A stretch of 64,000 nucleotides of DNA from an uncultured Planctomycetales bacterium (GCA_964572155.1 CAZNDZ010000001.1:143300-207299), one strand, 5' to 3'; counted from the first letter of the stretch, positions 62,601 through 64,000 are shown. Program-made: numbers and translations. The notes: generated from the letters alone by a model not told the origin.

Positions 62601-64000
62601 CGGCGCAAATTCTGGGTTCTTAATGGTGACAGGATCAACGTCTTGGACGACCATGACAAACACATAGTCGGTATTTTTATTTAATAATGCTGCACGACGA
62701 TACAAAATCTCTTGTGTACCCCAAACACGGTACACACCTTGTTTGACTTCAAAAGGCATCTTGGTATTTGGATCACCAAACAATACATTGCCAATGCCGC
62801 CAGCATAATTGCCTTGGGCATCTTGCTTGCCAAATAACTTTTCATCTAAGCCAATCGACTTAAGCGTCTTTACAGCTGTGCGTGGTACGACAGTCTCTAA
62901 CATCTCGCCTGCAAAAATATTGCGGTAGATATTCTCATTCGCTGCAACCCATTGATTGTTCTTATCTAATGCGGCGTCATACACGACTGGTTTGCTGTCG
63001 ATAATCAAGCGGCTGTTTAATTCTGGGACAGCGATGATTCGACCTGGATTATTTTCTTGTGATGCATCGGTATAAGCATTCTTTAAATTCATCACATCAT
63101 TACCCAACACCACGGCCCCAATTAAGGAAAGCTTGCGGCCAGATAAGATTTGAACAACTTCCGTGATCTTGGAATATTCGTTGGTAATCGTTGGCACAAA
63201 ACGCAATTGGCCAATCTTCAAATTCAAGAAAGGCAAGCCGTTTGCTGGAGCATTGCTTCCCGTTGTTAAGTTAAAGACAATGCTTGTGCCATTGACCTTG
63301 GTACCGGCCATGGCTTTGACAATATCTTCTTCGGCCATTTGTGCGGTGGTTTCTAAGAATTCCAATTGCTTCATCCATGCAATCTTTGCTTCATTGATTG
63401 CGCCCGTACGATCTTCAGGTTGTTGATTCAAAGCAACCTTTAACGCTTCAATAGCGGCATTGAGCTTATTTAACTCTGCTGTTGCAGCCTTTAAGTATTC
63501 TTCTTTTAAGGTGATATTACGGCTTAAGGCAACCAACACGTCGCGTTGTGCCTTTGTCGCAGATCTAACGGCGCTAGATACGCTCGGTCTTATAGCAGGA
63601 CGCGTTTTGGCTTGCGGATTCGATGAGGATGCGTAAAGATTCTTTGATTCTGGATTCAACGGGGTCCCAGCTTGATTTAAGCCCGTTGTGTTTATAGATA
63701 GCACCGAATTTGTTAATGAGGTAAATGTGAATTCTGTTGTTGGAGTCTCTTGCAGTGGCAATCCGAGAATCGTCTTCGCGGACGCTGACAACGTGTTGAA
63801 ACTTGAGTTCGCTGACCATGGTGCACCCCCATTTTGGTTAATAAAATCAATGATTAATAATTGCGCTTGTGTGAGATAAATCGGACTTGTTACAGCTGTT
63901 GCGCTAGATACTAAGGCATCTTCCACGAAGGTTTGTGAAAGACCTGCTTCGAAGCTACCCTTAGCTGGCGTTACGGTTGGATCAAAAGCGATGACAAACA
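23676..64000 (-). CDS. giant multi-domain, multi-pass membrane protein (more than 13,416 aa; 5' end beyond the window)
   Basis: single 40,251-nt open frame ending at TAG 23676-23678; the GTG at 63926 is only an ORF-finder start, since the frame stays open for 24 more codons to position 64000; recognisable protein motifs along the whole length. Confidence 0.9.
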   Translation of the reverse strand, partial: FVIAFDPTVTPAKGSFEAGLSQTFVEDALVSSATAVTSPIYLTQAQLLIIDFINQNGGAPWSANSSFNTLSASAKTILGLPLQETPTTEFTFTSLTNSVLSINTTGLNQAGTPLNPESKNLYASSSNPQAKTRPAIRPSVSSAVRSATKAQRDVLVALSRNITLKEEYLKAATAELNKLNAAIEALKVALNQQPEDRTGAINEAKIAWMKQLEFLETTAQMAEEDIVKAMAGTKVNGTSIVFNLTTGSNAPANGLPFLNLKIGQLRFVPTITNEYSKITEVVQILSGRKLSLIGAVVLGNDVMNLKNAYTDASQENNPGRIIAVPELNSRLIIDSKPVVYDAALDKNNQWVAANENIYRNIFAGEMLETVVPRTAVKTLKSIGLDEKLFGKQDAQGNYAGGIGNVLFGDPNTKMPFEVKQGVYRVWGTQEILYRRAALLNKNTDYVFVMVVQDVDPVTIKNPEFAPYVNKMFMTRGLIINKKELAAGTNKGIYEAFRALNHDENYVKNPEGVVSYVPSLLDMENIVKVRALKTGYDEFGRRVLAGTVDVLTMRVDQLYYEDTTPFAMRERLMLVNGKKTWADVGVASVGKYESGKQALKMIVFSPEAIKDSFSFNNTTNAAVIWTPTTLLGVVTQEGLNSVEGKTAVTLEQPVVVSTVVESNVRNAKNERIVHNPESLKNTNIRNELARVYDAVPSEHKDVSVIIDGSKGDNVVVMMQGKKILMLNEATMNGLAFSYKFDVPLATLDVKSVELNETFESTIVKAISFKMPKGAEVYQDAGRVGLVIKADRTVIGQTYRNLETKNIYSPKEMLELELAAQSVEEGSANEFIRQYGIAGEDFVHMVNVAKEAGLPAPRVITKGFGLEEGKEFMVLGTGAQYVSPLKDTGKNIAFTKNSDTGELVILNSLPLMEKDYGIVPSFTYGKTRQELDALKIKAEAQHKEILARKEAYTQAVLEYQAALNIEKAVKDAQAGIDVSKNVAVNAILKAAAQAHVQTDATMAILDFVAQQAAKQALDKLTPSAQTYYQNFLNKAQQDVRGALADVIADYKKASTGLSDPFSQQNYNALIDQINTKEAELVKINALPNATATIPQALGFKASDRLAANALAAQSQTDYAEVLRVYNIYVVGNQVIDIDGLFESTASARASLAYFDTRVPELSAQIAYLTQQRQVYASLPVSSDVRQIIERLIVKSIKERDQFIPAAKVAANMDIEATTRGGIGQQFMRERLIQKKLVSQLYTEINVETASILNLAFTTTQTVADWTNAVPVVAQSEIVSGNAYLNFQVNVAIPLSIKYIQSIIDNPSTKAEFIPALKSQIVNLQKRATFITTEQIPDLLKDAAYYQNPAGETPEQVKARKIILITHDIALLREQAQSLSQLVTFTSSILGNNQSYTEYTLANIQKALEQYVARIGVADPHRGIVAGLGNWGRAVVAQSAQNQKLTAAQDKTATLKDNVEAAARALQDVIKANNGTVPALPTSPSSVLMPNGKSINVTINGTTPQSFLEMAIKQTNVGNRNTDYQFAVNQIFGNSAAYVGTLQAEHINQRYGIWSITLTENQAKLVNELIVGLIKEDQFQQQFGAAGIGVQRTYKVIGNALGMQGEKYTISVAGIIFDGSGNVNNTSSTRTAGLHMAFDYKIAENFKLILEGGLAGSTAKSLSNVQITDFYTGQQLIGASIPLQAANAIGFTRAGVELGGIKTGEADVAFKIFLNREAESHFGGIAYKTFGSVGADINVKDVRIAVEAGSSRFGLNAAYNNFSGRINVIDGKNSISGEYNFDVFGNRVQAGITIDPTGKSLNVSMSHRLTPDTSIKPFDINKDNLDNVFNDAFKFRRAEIGSDLFINIPRDIYTTEKPLFATSTIPAAKPQEYLRTLNGEIVILQSKASFAEQAAISGEAYATARFTDGKLPKAVSVSDYNALKPAIRVLKFMKAEEFVGTGITKEGDNYFYAKSGYKARLNLGSGDAMVVLPNDAKQLNSDSLILIDLTVKGQTAELAKYRAEVEEYSALVNANTKGALAAFNKLANDANVAYMLKRNKQGEMWMGFVTKQEFVAWIKNGLKKQAFKDEKGKQVLVAIVDVDAAKQPSMIIAKEIVSPMAQARIGQFMDENFLVQYDSKLKGTVFVPVVDLLKTSFNTKNVVRIVRLSPNGATSAYVYPTKKPGVFVFEDLFQDKEFEMTLKNGKVNYEWTANLYRTKYNGEFNGFQKTGTLVKRVDVKTEKVTYTLVQPNIRLKGDAVEVKALKNTSLMLIWNIENEGKSIKGQLVSLNDNRILAYIYKSSEEKHAYEIEFIGKGKLSTVYKFSEDGTVLANVAQAVKMNVIAIRGVIENSQIIARKLVNGATQRVIGINDAGDINIEFYYHPGYFDGQRDKNNRVFEYTGTAIIGTNDKAERPIYYYRILDNRVYLFDRLGNLLTAANKSVVVGTAKLSDKTLQLNGVLAQYQTPNLRITTEEDHLGKPKAWFAIDAISGVEFGRFDRLPDGGVAGNEYHAQLRNILDSDIVTARAFLVGSSFVINDQTINVRAKIFTLPLPQVEGRIQEYLNNTNSNDALRASISQEFKNGIQDIAKELGIIDGQIEVEMAVEKRPYGLNSIAYRIKGDPLARVIFAQIRKDPDVMNPGTFVQINTQWRTEGSPIHSYKIMSYGAIKELEPMKENGSKIQARELFNGFKKQMKEYFDVNPETSLDVIVEYPLMPVGAKFAHFEKAAIKTYLVPNDPLNRSLAVEGPSGEISFVKWWERAVSNVPYDLSPGQVILNKKIRGFNNHLRETQYVFDPNQNNAHIAKYKIVLENMVKVENSAITYDLRTGLYFEERRYQDGKRRIYYFDFDGYGYPLYTNAIEDGQEKQYSSFDNYLYADKEGNVYHLISADVKVASWWDRFTHEYIDGKEIGLFLNGKRIVQKDNFKVDTNPYDTVLNDVDLNETSAIGMVKRIFKGPQEDIINEILREKNNQALRFSFLDKDNNPINQPNFMTMQGDFQGKLGTSPKTMTSFFVEGFVNLMLAAGGLVFLFVAFTPWLSTRIWFAMHGKRFNINTSWLKDLESLGFTQAQAAFIIRARRLNGAFANYEQVVALSNQLQSLVMKSGSLLKRIYVQARFARAMRLLASDRRYIYKSKDVFTNEDLKDLQLKSNMPQVIAAIARLSDVDPMSPSVIGVTNMVRDLGIDTAAIFNGKLAASYVGRVSKSQAAGIFLKMIIEKTMVSAGYMNRVEAIVDQIDQDLGFSAKFNDQRVLLRSTFLNNIRNTQLLPERLEFDAMDIASGLYLYPIENHTQSSPYINKLLTGQVISVEKAYFMKAVLQRGMFGLTGQGRAEDWLWQTKIMPALNLSGAARTQALKDVMDYVSRFTKIFQAILNTEVQQKLEKGRDPNDKIVNQHQILNEELYNDVFGYVQGIFPETNHVANDQEKAKIDAAVNRFLALIGNDQLQEVEQLKRAKEDATFARRLNEINFAVKGLANLIDSIYGVQSIKNRQSHWRLFVNPTILLATSRQFAKRVFESPYLYLDTHEEVQRKLNNITLLTVVTGLFIYFSTLAYKAADFLSISKFIDVPTGIMIGSIGTIVAILVGMVAKALLVKYVKSKDSNLDNHKLKVLMRGYKIILWSQAALIAASFGVNWILGIQMYIVAIPEAVQMILKGIPYLLFASTWLLSFYSFNYLAMGIAEFGHNWRNNIYEVNNIRKIKTIKAKLFDLFTDSTTGLYGNATYKTRGEERLQSFINVVEELTSKDRGYHLARPNVDYVTPFLNRATLKSAIDQFINDLSTPLLVAGHKPIMREFGLLRVMKYINNQYRMDKGLEPLTKEEVASFTVVNTGYGEDFFFVKDQLLKAAADNSTIDLVHRLGMLAKYKKELFVTMVYNVVSKEEQSEFLALLNNPLYVPQNISDETYKAVILWANTQLPTVWSNSKSNQTVLKDLYTYYGKMFDVANPTQWALSRFRVINRLLMGVHELNSILEDKLREIVDVLIETEYASTAIVDQEGHVIRGATIEHIDRLLKISFTSVSKMDFNAIKNGPSILEALINKGVLVENTSKDRVTLQRDAKGKVVSRPIELADKAFDQIYDLLKISNSPEMYKKLFELIINDRVIPARLFGGGLSTDFEKAENYHGAKWNQKTAIMPYIMGSVLLNLDADHRVSYVGMEGVVSHVLEYAYNQSLAVTTPVVNHEITRNLGPVGKIIPVGENAFYFHTQQGKMLFGGIGAYGKLFERVAALRHSEGLTDSYVAEDFMTVIRYMLFGYVAGRASAIEVDKGWPYQFRESRNPMRKWSYDSLEIASGRSFMELVQSKYVSWTFLVNNFILDGVGFYFKKVLINRYFKWLVVFILMFDWNVFSGVPLALWIGGMVLSQAISYGLAFYNIYDLGKGWLRGIMATLMSMPRMYTFYLYRVWEYDETIKLLASNRLGKFINTGGKGGNIFRDKDVKLTYINGSYVIQQGAFWSAVILFYVGLHPWKFILWAPVVFMPVVAVVAPFWFNPKTTWKDWVFDAKNAVIAFGWGLMDMILKVEQVLGLGRADRDLQKLVMVAGKAVEPANDHVKGLEYFHQYPSHHARLYGRAPLPMVLKVADVASNKLDDKKLEASKAVATFEQTQIKDYYKAIQTSLANAKAYLELNGFAAKKLAAVEKDVVAAEAKLSKKTLERLDWNITQFETYPYNHHTKPGKRRVLADIFFNKFSGPMEVLVLLGVYYIVFIQTVIATSTFFKGLLKKTSPVYNLDLIREPTRSSITLNRTTLKSVQKFVHDVLPNVAIGKITTKIIETADKGNFVKIQISSNQLTEAQQDEITKALYAALNNQLKIIAKTFNNTTIRVLAKDVVITFGSIHINIAVENIKSINITYTPVRAGPTFAVVNNAIANAIAWLAGFKFRRKTVAANEATFVPETPTAPEAKKEAAVETPSNVIPLVVPVNVTPSRTNTVLPRAKGVQTPKGSIVKLSKDAQNILRQVFNQTFVNTENRFNFLTIKNNNGVFVRIGSVNIRPEGLAAQLEQAIIDAGLIIETATNTNYRIQVKTQEVVIIDNNFYLKLNVTPADYLQYVKEVVISEPTVVFTRRFAEDSQSPLLLTFDAPAEKVEATPAPDKGKVNYAAKWAAELAAKNSGAPVVQDVQEPVAEVTPLLSNKVDYAARFRAAKAAKQNTTGATQADSTPVEAAAPAAPKPSSRSRFLGPAQPLSADTKAKLGIVETAPAKPEAPAVVEDQVIVDPVVDAPVEAAPITTLQVTLAEDLQGITDAAKRDPVVTRNNDLDDGDFAWLDEGANDQVTNVEPVEQSIWGKLVSTLKDIHTRYLSIEDPMAMKLDKGDRSYRLGQAANHVGAVVNFRNGRDAAIMSAVEDVLPNVDSSEVTIDARKTAEGFKIIVEHVNVENKEEVAKAILDLIGKRLNIYVYKVDGTKVRITREQVTVSFGSIEIHVAIEGNIRMIWVTYRAPLKQMLMEVGHDLKSSISGITLADVAPLERPTNQEFDETTEQIIERELNTRRALRIRAQNRAMLQMLSLPSYEDYAIAVAQQRKIAAAIIEQISVAMDVKALRNVIDLEIAEPQIAFEPEPIDPQVYLDQVTATTRTQLDALLSENNYLYVTLHRQPIVPTVESLDIDFDLDLDLPNAFDAVEAAPIVTDVLASVGPFMLMASTNAREQLAGIVISPEVSELDLDFDLTEAFVPVDLAPAAPVVAPKLTRRDQFFSKPIPFISAPIVSSAVVPVVQAPNVDVAPIVVVPAVAATVVHPVVKQDRSAEIAARLAAIDARIRASVQAEESKKPAAPVAPVPQASVEAEAPTAPVIPTTVVTTGISLRNTLFSKPIAVRLPVAQPAPVVVAAPVAEQVAPRAPPVAVSQPVEAPVQPQVVTMDMIQGIQDAIEQLRKQMMLDVAPAAKTETQPTNDAPQANKVRAPLLLAAPQEPINLFQPLMLTLSLVKPADIEKERDVQVAGIVARAIVDRTHQEAPALAETIVAARNETEVKLGSIRNQADEEVALVVKEGQVAQALLDNNHAILEGMKAQSKQTQQRANLDAEEKATDEKATERAEAIVASRNDTDVTVQKINDEARVVAADTELLKAEIAQAQAAASLDPDLGQEYKDYLKDKLRAELAKKRAALNNDPKQSGKATLTTMVGLLAISVFAIAANFFVTPAYAQETRFFERTTYIDYTVRPGDSLSKIAARFNVAKYTDIRGDFKDPNIIHPNQIVRVPVKERIVIPAVKEETPQPVQVVEPSVKRELELRALVDSAHIKGEKLENDIHFVLILYLEIIAAALAILITILGVRKYRGNKEEVEFKDTNPNWEISTGWGPTLPPEEGATLEEKIAHALDSIETKLLDAKSDTKAVSTLSNKLTLILVETVMNRQELSSEKRMKIRGRITALRLKIAAIKSVNPYPGRFSIEGAQEEYPLEDAGRAYVRAAIESVRDVSNEDLQNILNNLRIVSNNPYVGEVRDQAMFIDVKVFDALDTFESFLRIVLVHELTHVFGGNEADARNAEKEFFLREPTAVLEGYLEFISNNTLGFTVEAEWLETLEQLLDVRKLMDEPTVAPEPVVETFESLFDQAFDEPVVEPLRFQEIYDAIRAFYFGRKPNTLVARVNALSDGFIDVAKKTLLPNYVSFNAAAFEVLLKKLGQEIASVNGLQGGDEINAFILEHIGSPEKLINDFLNNQDVTFEDLFVLSRGLKATILEGQYFAPTQFDAPYAVQLRALIIAQAYLILSDVSKQPVQGAQVDFNKANDAIEQIKRDLLVELRSIVGDDQAHDIVKDFTDGAGNFTSFIAAAILVGAMTALVSTNTYAQRGGASFVTQQTRQATKQNLDSDVQVLINTNSTNTQKADALKRLNDRGVVTPETIKVAYQSTYFVGPVATKPVSYGTGSGIVDLVSKAKSFEVLSTETIFGVLERGYDEFWRLRDDPAVLRARAYQHLILASKVLVADKSNKGNQVLSYFLNGNAFGNPTIADIINRIAENLPREVEHNQILGIETWARLVQSQDGIKNNFRGFDMVEQLGLNSPNNRVRLAAIAGAGLSSDKRLHDFITKVLQANRGNVKDDEWLLYLTAATAAKALENETAIDPLFDLMLSIKSSENSIQQGIWDGYREHIIDALAYLINRSNYSLSRIENEVEKAIVAKGPDQLARQYLLLLEKVMSKDPKNVERLIAEIKKKLNIIPAGKDVTLQAAAPILEARLKALETGYAQFAKDNAAASGDQLQRLINLSTNQNHEREFGALLLATKNNVIIPVEVLVERFKNEMDPESIKTYAIAAKQINLKPRLYQGINDKLLPAVQGAMDRFKDNPETMVVLIDLLNSMLDTNAQAVIGKYAGDANVIIRRAAEEAIANAAAGSGMISSAIPTLVNNARDLHLGSITDVSTYREVMGRIKTLRNILPKTAFVNAQLDAAIRAAWAKGEKDIALALQDIRNPASEDVINAFEILLDGSKSMNARLAASETLAQERIAPSMLNLLAKAMENPNPTIKMNLFKAALNIDPVVVGSIYTADNNSLIKQAAVLKEENVDPALAAAIVDFLLQTNNEYAQQILTDALTHKKFTIALMTFEKLNPANVQSPVFVRPLIEFILEDAVNVTLFNSGSLSAHITKVKSIFRILDQNVVRDQIDRQLRALPQRPTVAQGQSKELLLQTQMSAMRNLRDSTNVPAASKVTLSTGLIVNIDPKTVDVINVFDVAKKTTENNDKTAMIGALGSVLEAGLWKTLPLDDAIVTFLGERANDKNEFVPARKAAIDALGKLQNNTQAAGALRAVIENLNEQYPIDTRDVIAQKFYQELAVAAVKAYKQMAAGLEPDFLAQNKLNKIKNDPLSIGKEWLTINLMSEIDATLHDKVRAIVPYGYKQSTFSNLVEDKPLRARTLINLSRPIPRVNYEDATRRFFSQMTINIHDFHKRMDSALAVCSSALTYAQSTGSRTALINQWLFGADVLNSEYAIMTLVSDHYDEQRDPVKFKGKSNPLAVYMIAEKFKDPVLRDKVLWALAQFENTRANAQNNAVDIRLKIAKEVLADPKANNDEVLLALRILATSKDGDALRILADEMQRRINVTENSNLNNALLAAEILHVRPLFENFGPTVQDKPLVQKLVAVVEKSAVLNENWAKVDSYYKYALPARLAEQELKELLNVRDTNTPLKNTAVEEEIKQAIQRANDKDKIDDVIWKWLPILEHGDKKFYNDRVLEMETFYKTFDFKVANWKTIYDVSNTLTWPQRAAEIAAGFAGAGAVVAIIYFLLRRLIRKITGNNGRGPRGGKRKSNGPKPAPQAPVEEFAFDPNNELASISVVMHDEPKASIDQAQAVETKSSFVRTIKNIENNRQNNVNQSTTTNGRSETPKDKDTLIQEALDYLSQIIEIKEKKTDVKDRYFTTDEISNVLNTIIFIIRLENFSSPIKVADNVVRYKSTYSQLQKSINKIITDFIYQQAKTDDSDELKEVLAFALLIIQETRQLINNILGGLEAIYSARRVFNYAIPKFFGKSARGQYLADLYQRYGTKFARSWHTGLDYNGNKYIQSALEQIKKIHDQSNGFIPGLYKESTSEFLIQWSALLISIKDGKKLEGGEEKDTDFSIERYWRHSQIGRRILVPLGIAIMFTNLAFFTGFTLMTTLSLLVISAGVLVNYLPFILKNKSGLLADIDLVERRFRFIEEELNNIFIGRAKHIFTRDYFKQLQWGKKMDALRYIQSNSSPLDMIIFSVENDQDVVRASKEYLMMRSTSLYKTPIIFMPTEVGRGSLWPFLMSLDYLGRSTTLSELWKYAKNNPSEGFRVYGEDFIDAARFDLPITQTRRLVLLAGDAQDKEMFEAINESLRKENFTLPLLSKSLLEGSEGVFTARDDMFLYALKEALLDMYDADRPALYMAFGDQFLTGPLRREGEIVLSSQKMSLEDTNNQKMGVLVQDLRTLEAVAVVEPFVDDHLVFAKRIEKVLAGNNIFNRYDYANLGLEQFPAFTGFMRIAFNTTEREVRFISNVQKIFEWVRESDYDILLKAYIRSGAWFSVESQVHKLVSVLTNVLGYSIKDARDWIDAQQALFFKDPNSNELHDRFLEVMPIRSLHIVGDFIIPLVMLRTGRTLKSLLSSRGISDLPSPINSYFEGLQEGIGRVFSKENSQPIHISIAYGFESVFQKNQAKNYPLRLKDELVDHNAKPRAPTAVELRFIDQHVLPFIREQLNGFAPRIRVNNGLKYFATVRLNEIHLNMNALLRAPPQDLKIILFDEVASIKEPQLSNDQVFRFRTIPYIQYLNAFDQHIQFVEKFVYDNDPYLAQLRAHRLTHDEERSTLLVSEQAILSSEGEAAQIIDRSTGVPQGGMRLGMDNDRGAGVLNPNRYLKVLDLLNILSIGMSGGWIQALLGIIVFRVSLVLGFVVNEAAHTFAAGVTEDRKFLNKSNLLGNLTPAQILFAAIPVVGYFKAQPHARVPATWSVRLAGFVSNLTLLMVSLMGYLGFISWVSFVSFPMVFGFLVTTILSFITDVLNNVYDEEVKCGNFGFGWIDNSLEPEINPDWAVEARRNQLTMITIRGGQTAGMIQSFRDATGGYGMLMLKAMKGKRPLLADVMERAWAKKVIHMIKQGAKGVLGVNLLSGHVRFATAGKAKPNASHPHVDFVELNVEVWSFDAQGALVKTTETVIVAITHNGDFDYFDILGRKIDNDELRQLLKNVFHVEQVKKPFDYPFADETPGDSPPASGAVRLFFNQGMFTSAVINSWILNVIKTPQDIFNGKKPLEAVAKDNTALSIKDRNTIAGVIDNIFKQHAAAISKFNANKPRRTLSDLWVEVDQTDDAVKLKQRERLNQLRQDITKALLADQNAAAIVRNWHLDAQQLDVFVEGVLRAFFINDRYRATRAFAQRAEGSFGVVVRTSLNNGLSFFTRDQAISFGFNTKEKFFGFASESLVLQVKYGSKGYLTKRYDMDITGKGEVADLNMYADGRFQVSVYNMNIGREISGNEFFNNLMSLNENNQFYRPLVDYAGVKNYVKFDMEDTARVLLGITNSFSNPASLNHQSAQDLLAMLEALFIENEIKSRTTGFSTLRPKFLTLIERFARNQVGLVDESAREKFVTDMMDAVEGKSLLEDYFYGMAEKFVSDKIDELSQTGQLDQAIDLNALSKEFDKELSAWVLVLSRNILAYLNSSFNKVRNDWDWEHDSKNAMNAFVDAINGHFHEKIHKNKIADFEKRHLIITGFEKSQWVGEKLKEILEVIFPYLNISAISSNKLVDDPREYGATRRTIFFAISDSGQTFPTLAGVGKLQSMFPGRVFVLNNRPDTIMAKGIGQRFSDGAPFSRRLFITDANIRISEASTVDTTALIWLVNELAVFLHRGMRQKYSRQYRFMMEINKEGFRHLMRLRNDALKKIEQVLGVDHKGLTIESTVSATINEKAHYLAWRIKEVMWGKVFNVSYLILNFSIPALIWNKLFITGVIFGMNLNIVAVTIETLLFLFNLYGFTIVMRYFKNHPLWDRLGMPTFAIGAESAYHQLLEILVRKLHATAHASQEVAEHGGNAEDHFGARFLSGVRRGTKAFFFLPIDPQRAANVATTAKQTKGILTGWSYRDLFTGGAEVFTTGLRVANEEATDHSKNSNVTDHHIHLGDVDFRDASSDVRKLYGIMYDGLINMVAVQKMFVLTFSEVALVEPEGLDRLITFWRYNPWNSTSQTKVYTTRSPKPVSSGQIVDVIGTPPVEIKSDYPSRFDFWHHRLDTDKFTSGDELLARQQAYVRAALEGLSLPVSRMNNIVITNAVPKEILAQYDFKTRRVLLNVIPMSMLPPFNTNERSSTKFLAVLKDVLRHEILGHEALGENEQQAIDVTLNHFTGKPENFVELQHLYDGLDILGAVSDDEYARNTILTLMLEEEQRQAEYELDAVFRDFEKDQQNRSVDTYVGLQYDSDQAQMRYGYSGVYRNIFKQLYSVVFSNHVDHTLKPNHFAATLAVDFLQTHPDQTINIREAKEPRLSMGNLLADMLRNNRVILIDLTALSKASIDRLTQGRPDVAARLKNVLASAGKMDGEFKSVGLAMKAQWQGVKDRGDEFIFIFVNQQLDDLGYLNAIQIAQRLVTVVGEFYQVDPVKHIKRQVDFIRSLLENGKNLGVQVEQYFGTDLPRELNDVERQRFMKALSPETLKFLTNKAIDPLKIAWINPSNKFLITWVTASSVIGKTQAHQIYLHPKVFEGNGLEQLDLNGFIRTKVFAGTAYLGLLLWTDQLPFGLSSSVRNLLKYTGVIAWHEFGHLLGALMFGQKVRVNFHEGRIDGVSGVTFLFGFFASAVAALLLAAAGLYVEPVTVAALITPYIMVDSILSAAPILSLLAAGVISVFVKYTLFAMAGLHGLAAIFEFISAKNVDADGIKYIKRHQDHPMTIEGMQKAGFVDLVKDLTVFLQYLQDTGRIRGSPQELRVFEIARHDFGNIVWNPAFENGEATVLKLLLEVFPANRAFEILEHIRVHEAESTEERAILAQKLLVKRLAQDRRRQATIEVVQRSIYELQEGDDPKAYESDKPYVRIYNRTKDGVFEVVIIRHMTLSDALPVAALQQDIWMTTPSDIFDAHQAWGMILKNPEGQLVAEVAQNGSGAYLGSVIWTTKVMLDDLLLAKIESSDVKGTIWESIQKVRNNFDPNGNAIVPHSTGIPYLKGVSKDRKAYYGSHFPKDLSKLLITNIKALAMQDSNVEFLMTHSPESAIGFHEVFGAAKFNDGYFFSSRGDERRGVSMIYPLPNTKRVYILDFQTREQRLDALLTVRKLQLINGRLYWLGRWLSRTFELGKLQRIVLITQSPRFMVRVDDYRNKKDDYYQIIVRLPKKAGHAISIAGMAEAKMKYRNDTVAYEGFSTLEKDLKDFIIQLLRLGRVRGTASELRHFDFAKHEAGKIQWNAVFENGEATVRALLLEQFPQQRAYEILENIKRHEAQPTESLALAAQVAWFHELALDKKKMVSIDVTLKDIFNLRDDQTGSHYIMNTPHIRVHNFISENDSVLVVRSMTLADAFTIPTLYPDIWLRASSQELNATEAWDMINSDLQKNLIAQVVNTRTGESYVAGIVWAFEYREDIKFKLNEIWMTPYRRLILGRYFDDEVAMLIRSSIQDINQIAREKYLQSLGSWERFSRYMFPWLYNDNTSQDSHHNWSDLEQDKAASQERDVLRAKQFRDLAKWTRALKEFLEEHAMLPQGVIAQSKTVKINGQYVTTWKWMITVRNNEEPQDVIYYILTNRLGLTQAQALRFIAHVIAHEQQPTEKAAIKAQRRLMKLSNLDRVIGIEGSSEVISKATWKNMVNVVVWLFIVLGIIFQQKIPLYVFGIEALVVFIAHAWLHYMQDPVIIDPIKSSKSIFVPIKTQPIVYSPEPTLREKVAAKQQWIKAQYLKVFKIAWPEGVPIRIPVGNDIGGIVYEAVGYRIDFEGYKNDDLLFLMVTLYAEYFQLAPRLQLRHSAKFIFAMAVLKRSIPYLLYLRRESDRKTGLETEIAKLNFKTNHQLFTFFLVVLSGKEFNTPQEYVGSVSHIFGLKDKEVFLLKDNAKDVARSSWEMTKQQRQSLRKIIAKYVPSIELALEAVLNNAPGTQTYEKEILETIAQLEQLKKNYSSYNDNIGRMIDLLRNKHTIVINAPAQLKHDIKVWLNRLRNVAAPKISAFHLPVSFKDAQYNVIVLMPQRNKDKKDILNSIAHEAGAILGLSHQVNEDIGNLVATSFVNHSNPTARERYEILDFRSIKETAIWTFIIANLMSLGSGPIYDNMLYSFGATIVLFGSSVASYLVFAWIRKQAFDIIQNRLGPRAYNVTLARLVVAAGFLAISTIIYKIFFPGSFLFPGTTIFVVTKSNGWALAAIGGVIHAYFISLGRDIRKNKSVDPARTLLPLDEAGLKEAHDFLFFNRGKILNLVKHELRLLKTDRNYVDVRGKIEEFFHEMKAPEVLVQMLEGQNEGNELVIVQADKKMQDEWTRRVGDGNTLYAMNTRFAAKHKHIYVVILFPAALKNRMVLEQTLVYEIFAIYYNEQGGRTYPQIRAQANQHVSYFKNMVIRYKIELFKSNSGAVTLIKKSIPNLRQLFNQRGRLDILDIYLRQLTQPSAVNAVRALVYIIEDNRAHPELWGGQLLTPENFKITVFDPNPEDLNIAKRGRYNLEYFKTNAAKRFIPTETQKIIDHFFAFADINHVELQEKYKAYFEFQEERIEDYAPINGTKFDLIMMQAVEFKVEAQQDPNKPMATVLVANRLVQWIHPKGMLITTAQKWFNEIPEFTQRYSDHVDLTFMGLSNIPIYAYERQYDAYVAVYFREWFDRLLARAYAYDQDINMPLILKAFDIAYEQHKDEKRSDGHPYIFHLLGVMEIVLNNRPLLRYLNDLHVRLDVALSTALLHDWVEARIKEVAFGETLEQSKANLEGLLSQVEAASAKEIVFMIDVVTKRNGETDADFIHAMRKRVRQVQDKETLRLLLAALGVIKVADSVSNLTPRMDRSAKDWLEKINRRLDFIVSLPIPKIVQEVFIKLYKESYHPLLGVVTRGRAAQRMSKLKKKRKARA
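23757..24344 (-). other. C-terminal Rel/SpoT-type HD (ppGpp-hydrolase-like) domain (aa ~13195-13390)
   Basis: SDGHPYIFHLLGVMEIV, ALLHDWVEA (HD codons at 24162-24167) and IKVADSVSNL match SGEPYIxHPLxVA, AALLHDvvED and IKLADRLHNM of RelA/SpoT N-terminal domains. Confidence 0.6.
30147..30659 (-). other. S2P/M50-like intramembrane metalloprotease-like region (aa ~11090-11260)
   Basis: VIAWHEFGHLLGALMFGQKVRVNFHEGRIDG resembles RseP [24 protein letters not shown]; HEFGH codons verified at 30486-30500; followed by several TM helices, with a possible Asp-in-helix at IMVDSIL. Confidence 0.5.
33147..33659 (-). other. SIS (sugar isomerase) domain, GlmS-like (aa ~10090-10260)
   Basis: RTIFFAISDSGQTFPTLAG and RISEASTVDTT align with the GlmS blocks NTLIIAISQSGETADTLAA and EIGVASTKAYT. 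Confidence 0.6.
34977..35690 (-). other. class-II (Ntn) glutamine amidotransferase-like domain with internal Cys nucleophile (aa 9413-~9650)
   Basis: KCGNFGFGW..IRGGQTAGM..GHVRFATAGKAKPNASHPHVD..VIVAITHNGDFDYFD aligns with glmS [49 protein letters not shown]; Cys codon gca at 35688-35690 checked. Confidence 0.6.
39627..43679 (-). other. HEAT/PBS-lyase-like alpha-solenoid region of the giant protein (aa ~6750-8100)
   Basis: about 1,300 aa of recurring helical units such as KAAIDALGKL, AAGALRAVIENL, LRILADEMQ, EEAIANAA. Confidence 0.4.
44658..44672 (-). other. zincin HEXXH site (LVHELTHVFGG) inside the giant protein (aa 6419-6423)
   Basis: reverse complement of ctcatgcac...gtgttaactcatg located at 44658-44672; acidic residues follow (NEAD, EKE). 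Confidence 0.55.
45477..45611 (-). other. LysM peptidoglycan-binding domain inside the giant protein (aa ~6106-6150)
   Basis: YTVRPGDSLSKIAARFNV...IHPNQIVRVP; confirmed on DNA as the reverse complement of ggcgattcattaagcaagattgcggctcgattcaatgtggc. Confidence 0.7.
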